From: Octopus vulgaris
Taxonomy: Eukaryota
Direction: 5' to 3'
Assembly (NCBI GenBank): GCA_951406725.2
Contig: OX597830.1
Location: 62,000,001 to 62,064,000, forward strand
Length of the DNA: 64,000 bases
The notes below the pieces were generated by a model. It was given only the letters and a program-made list of their open reading frames with translations. It was not told the origin of the DNA and did no database searches. Of the stretch, positions 60,429-64,000 are shown in pieces (position 1 is the first letter of the stretch; every line of letters starts with the position of its first letter). Position numbers and translations under genes: made by a program.

Positions 60429-62559
60429 TAATGTCTCTATGTTAATGGATCATACATAAGATAGTGTACCTAAATATCTTTCAAACAATCTCTCGTTTTT
60501 GTTGTTTTCCACATATATTTAGTAGAACACTCAAACCCAGATTCCATACCAAGGGATACAATTACAATACGTGAACAGGAATATAAATGGTGTTCTAAAT
60601 ACTGGTTATCTGTTAGAGAATTTGAGGCTTAAATTGCACGAGATGAATGTATATGTGTGTGTAATCATGCACACACACCTTTTTATCTTTTACTTGTTTC
60701 GGTCATTTGACTGCAGCCATGCTGGGGCATCACCTTGGAAGTTTTAGTCAAACAAATCAACCACAGGAAATATTCTTAAGCCTAGTACATATTCTGTCAG
60801 TCTTTTTTGCCAAACTACTAAGTTATGAGGATGTAAGTGCACCAACACCGGTTGTTAAACAGTGATGGAAGACAAACAGAGAGAGAAAAATGCACACAAA
60901 TATATATACCTTCCTGCTTGGGACACAAAACTCTACTTGTGAAGACCTGTTGAGGCAAGTGAAAATCAAAATCGAAATTGATCAACATCAATGGAATTTG
61001 TAGTTGTGATACCAGTGCCGGTGGCCCGTAAGAGAACCATCCGAACGTGGCCGTAGCCAGCGTCGCATTACCTGGCCTCTGTGCCGGTGGCACGTAACAA
61101 ACACCATCCGATCGTGGCCGTTGCCAGCCCTCGCCTGGCCTCTTTGCCGGTGGCACGTAAAAAGTACCATCCGAGCGTGGCCGTTTGCCAGCCCCGTCTG
61201 GCATCTGTGTCGGTGGCACGTAAAAAGCACCCACTACACTCACGAAGGGGTTGGCGTTAGGAAGGGCATCCAGCTGTAGAAACATTGCCAGATAAGACTG
61301 GAGCCTGGTGCAGCCTTCGGGCTTCCCAGACCCCAGTTGAATCGTCCAACCCATGCTAGCATGGAAAGCGGATGTTAAATGATGATGATGATGATGATGA
61401 TATATATATATATTTATGCATACATACAGTAGCCTTCTTTCAGTTCCCATCTACCAAATCCAGTTACAAGGCCAGCATGAGGCTATTGGAAACACTTGCC
61501 CAAGGTGCCACACAGTGTGACTGAACCTGGAATTATATGGTTGGGGAGCAATCTTCTTACCACACAGCCATGTCTGCACCTTTTTTAAAAAATCTATATA
61601 CTCTCTCTCTTTTTACTCTTTTACTTGTTTCAGTCATTTGACTGCGGCCATGCTGGAGCACCACCTTTAGTCGAGCAACTCGACCCCGGGACTTATTCAT
61701 TGCAAGACTAGTACTTATTCTATCGGTCTCTTTTGCCGAACCGCTAAGTGACAGAGACGTAAACACACCAGCATCGGTTGTCAAGCAATGCTAGGGGGAC
61801 AAACACACACATATATATATATATATACATATATACGACGGCTTCTTTCAGTTTCCGTCTACCAAATCCACTCACAAGGCTTTGGTCGGCCCGAGGCTAT
61901 AGTAGAAGACACTTGCCCAAGGTGCCACGCAGTGGGACTGAACCCGGAACCATGTGGTTAGTAAGCAAGCTACTTACCACACAACCACTCCTGCAGCACT
62001 TTTTGTGTGGCAGATTTTCTACAGCCAGATACTCCTCCTGTCACCAGCCTCCACTGTTTCCAAGTGAGGGAGTGTTTTCCCTCCTCTTTGTTAGGAAGCA
62101 CAAGCACTTTCACTCACATGCACATACATGATGGTCTACCAAATCTTTGGTCAGCCTGTTTGGCACGTAAAAAGCACCCACTACACTCGCGGAGTGGTTG
62201 GCGTTAGGAAGGGCATCCAGCTGTAGAAACACTGCCAGATCAGACTGGAGCCTAGTGCAGCCCCTGGCTTCCCAGACCCCGATCGAACCGTCCAGCCCGT
62301 GCTAGCGCGGAAAACGGACGTTAAACGATGATGATGAATATTTATATTCGTAGATTGTATTTCCCATATTGTAATGAAACACGTGTAACAATGAATTAAA
62401 ATGATACCATATATTCCAATCTTTGTTTTAATGCATACTTGCTCTGCAAGCTCACCGGGTATCTCAATTCCATTGAAAATAAAACATCTACATACATACA
62501 TTTTGATTACTGGAATACACAGATGTGCTTCACTAGGACACAGCTTGGATTATATCCCG

Positions 62560-62594
<35 letters not shown>

Positions 62595-62640
62595 TATCTA
62601 TTTTTTCCGTGTTAATTGTTAACAAGGGAAAAATACACTC

Positions 62641-62671
<31 letters not shown>

Positions 62672-62796
62672 AATTAGAAAAAAAACACCTTTTATCAATT
62701 CAATAATGAAAAATTAAATTATACCATTTAGAAAAATTACATATTATAGAAAGATTAAATATAAGTTAGAACATATAATGTATATATTTGGTAGAA

Positions 62797-62897
62797 TAAC
62801 GACATGTGTATCGTGGCTATATTTAAGAAATGATAATAGTAAAAATAATGGTAGTAGTAAAATCACATCAATATAAATATAGCCACTCTTCAGGTTA
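62797..62897 (-). ncRNA. Type I hammerhead-like motif (GAAA to GATA) in a Penelope-like relic
   Basis: TAAC-CTGAAGA-GTGGCTATATTTA...TAAATATAGCCAC-GATA-CACATG-TC^GTTA; 13-bp stem II, 4-bp stem I. Confidence 0.65.
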
Positions 62898-63523
62898 AAG
62901 ATAACAACAATAATAAAATAATTAATTAGATAAATTAATATATGTAAATAATCTTGTAAAATACGAAATATCTTAACATATTCTTGTTTAAAAAATACGA
63001 TACAATTAATTAAAATATTTAAAACAAATATATATATATAAGATACAAAATATACATTAAGTGAAAACTAAATAAGATAATGGGGGAAAACTAGTATGTT
63101 TCCACACGACCTTTTTAAAGTACTTATTTATCTGGTGACATCATTAACTCATAACTTTTCAAATCTACAGATACACAAATATTTTAAATTACAGGTAAAA
63201 TTTTGATTGATAATAGCAGGTTTTGAATTAAAAGACTTAATAGGCAGGAGAAATAACAACAATGATGATATTAGAGTCTGGCATCCATTGTATAATTACT
63301 GTTGCATAGGAATTTTTTAAAATAAACTATTGAAAAGAAATTACATCATATATTCCAATAAAGAAATTCATTACAACATTTTATTGAAAATGAAGAATAT
63401 AAAGCTGTAAGTGTCTGGCTGTGACCAAGAAAATTATAACTTTGGAATGTTCACCAAATACTAAATGATTACTTATAGCATTGTCCAGTGTGTTTGACTG
63501 AGAAAATGATTATATAAACAATA

Positions 63524-63609
63524 TCAATGTAATGATTTTGCTGCAAGTAGTACGAAGTTTCTAGGTGACAGAAGCGGTTCAAATATTGGTACGAGAGCAC
63601 AAGGTATAC
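63524..63609 (-). CDS. METTL25B: METTL25B/RRNAD1-like methyltransferase, last coding exon: GIPCALVPIFEPLLSPRNFVLLAAKSLH*
   Basis: ttgtctttcag| acceptor; PIF.P.LSPRN.VL.A.K matches the RRNAD1/METTL25B C-terminal motif as I recall it; AATAAA (minus) at 63385-63380. Not in the ORF track. Confidence 0.75.
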
Positions 63610-64000
63610 CTGAAAGACAAAAAACAATGTTAAAACTGATATAAAAGATGGGATAAATCTATTGACAAATGTATATTAATATTTACAAAAATTGTTTTTA
63701 AAGCTGAAAACAAAATCTTTAACCCTTTCGTTACCAACCGGCTCTGGCTCTGTTGTACAAATGTCTTGTTTTCATAAGGTTTTAATTAAAATCTTCCACC
63801 AAACCTTAGTCACAATTTATGTTCTTAACACTAACTGAATGGTAACTAAGTTATTTTACAAAATACTTTGTTATATTTAAAGTAATTGAAAGAAACACTG
63901 AGCATCTCAAAATAAATACAGTAATGAAAGGGTTAAATGTATTCTTTGAAAATAATATGCTAGTTACTTTCCAGAACTCATATTTTACATACATGACTAT

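Overview
AT-rich, repeat-dense animal genomic DNA with spliceosomal introns. The SINE/RTE/Penelope landscape looks like an octopod cephalopod (inference). Four protein-coding genes were reconstructed by hand from GT-AG, phase-consistent exons: the first coding exon of DAD1 (minus, 552-762); a complete 7-exon PEX10 (minus, 27463 to 7082, 296 aa); a complete CENPN (plus, 31729-58991, 9 exons giving 335 aa, plus an optional 60-nt exon), divergent from PEX10; and the last exon of a METTL25B/RRNAD1-like gene (minus, 63524-63609). Most ORFs in the supplied track are repeat artefacts, and the track misses or misframes many real exons. The rest of the window is tRNA-derived SINEs, RTE LINEs and their 3' tails, and relics of R4/Dong-, CR1-, mariner/Tc1-, piggyBac-, hAT-, Mutator-like and Helitron elements. 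The most notable layer is RNA structure: at least six hammerhead-ribozyme-like motifs, all folded by eye and untested. They include one with a non-circularly permuted strand order (21882-21954) and one inside a ~355-nt rod-like, 1.5-mer, TSD-flanked retrozyme-like insertion (48025-48552). Several long near-perfect palindromes are also present.
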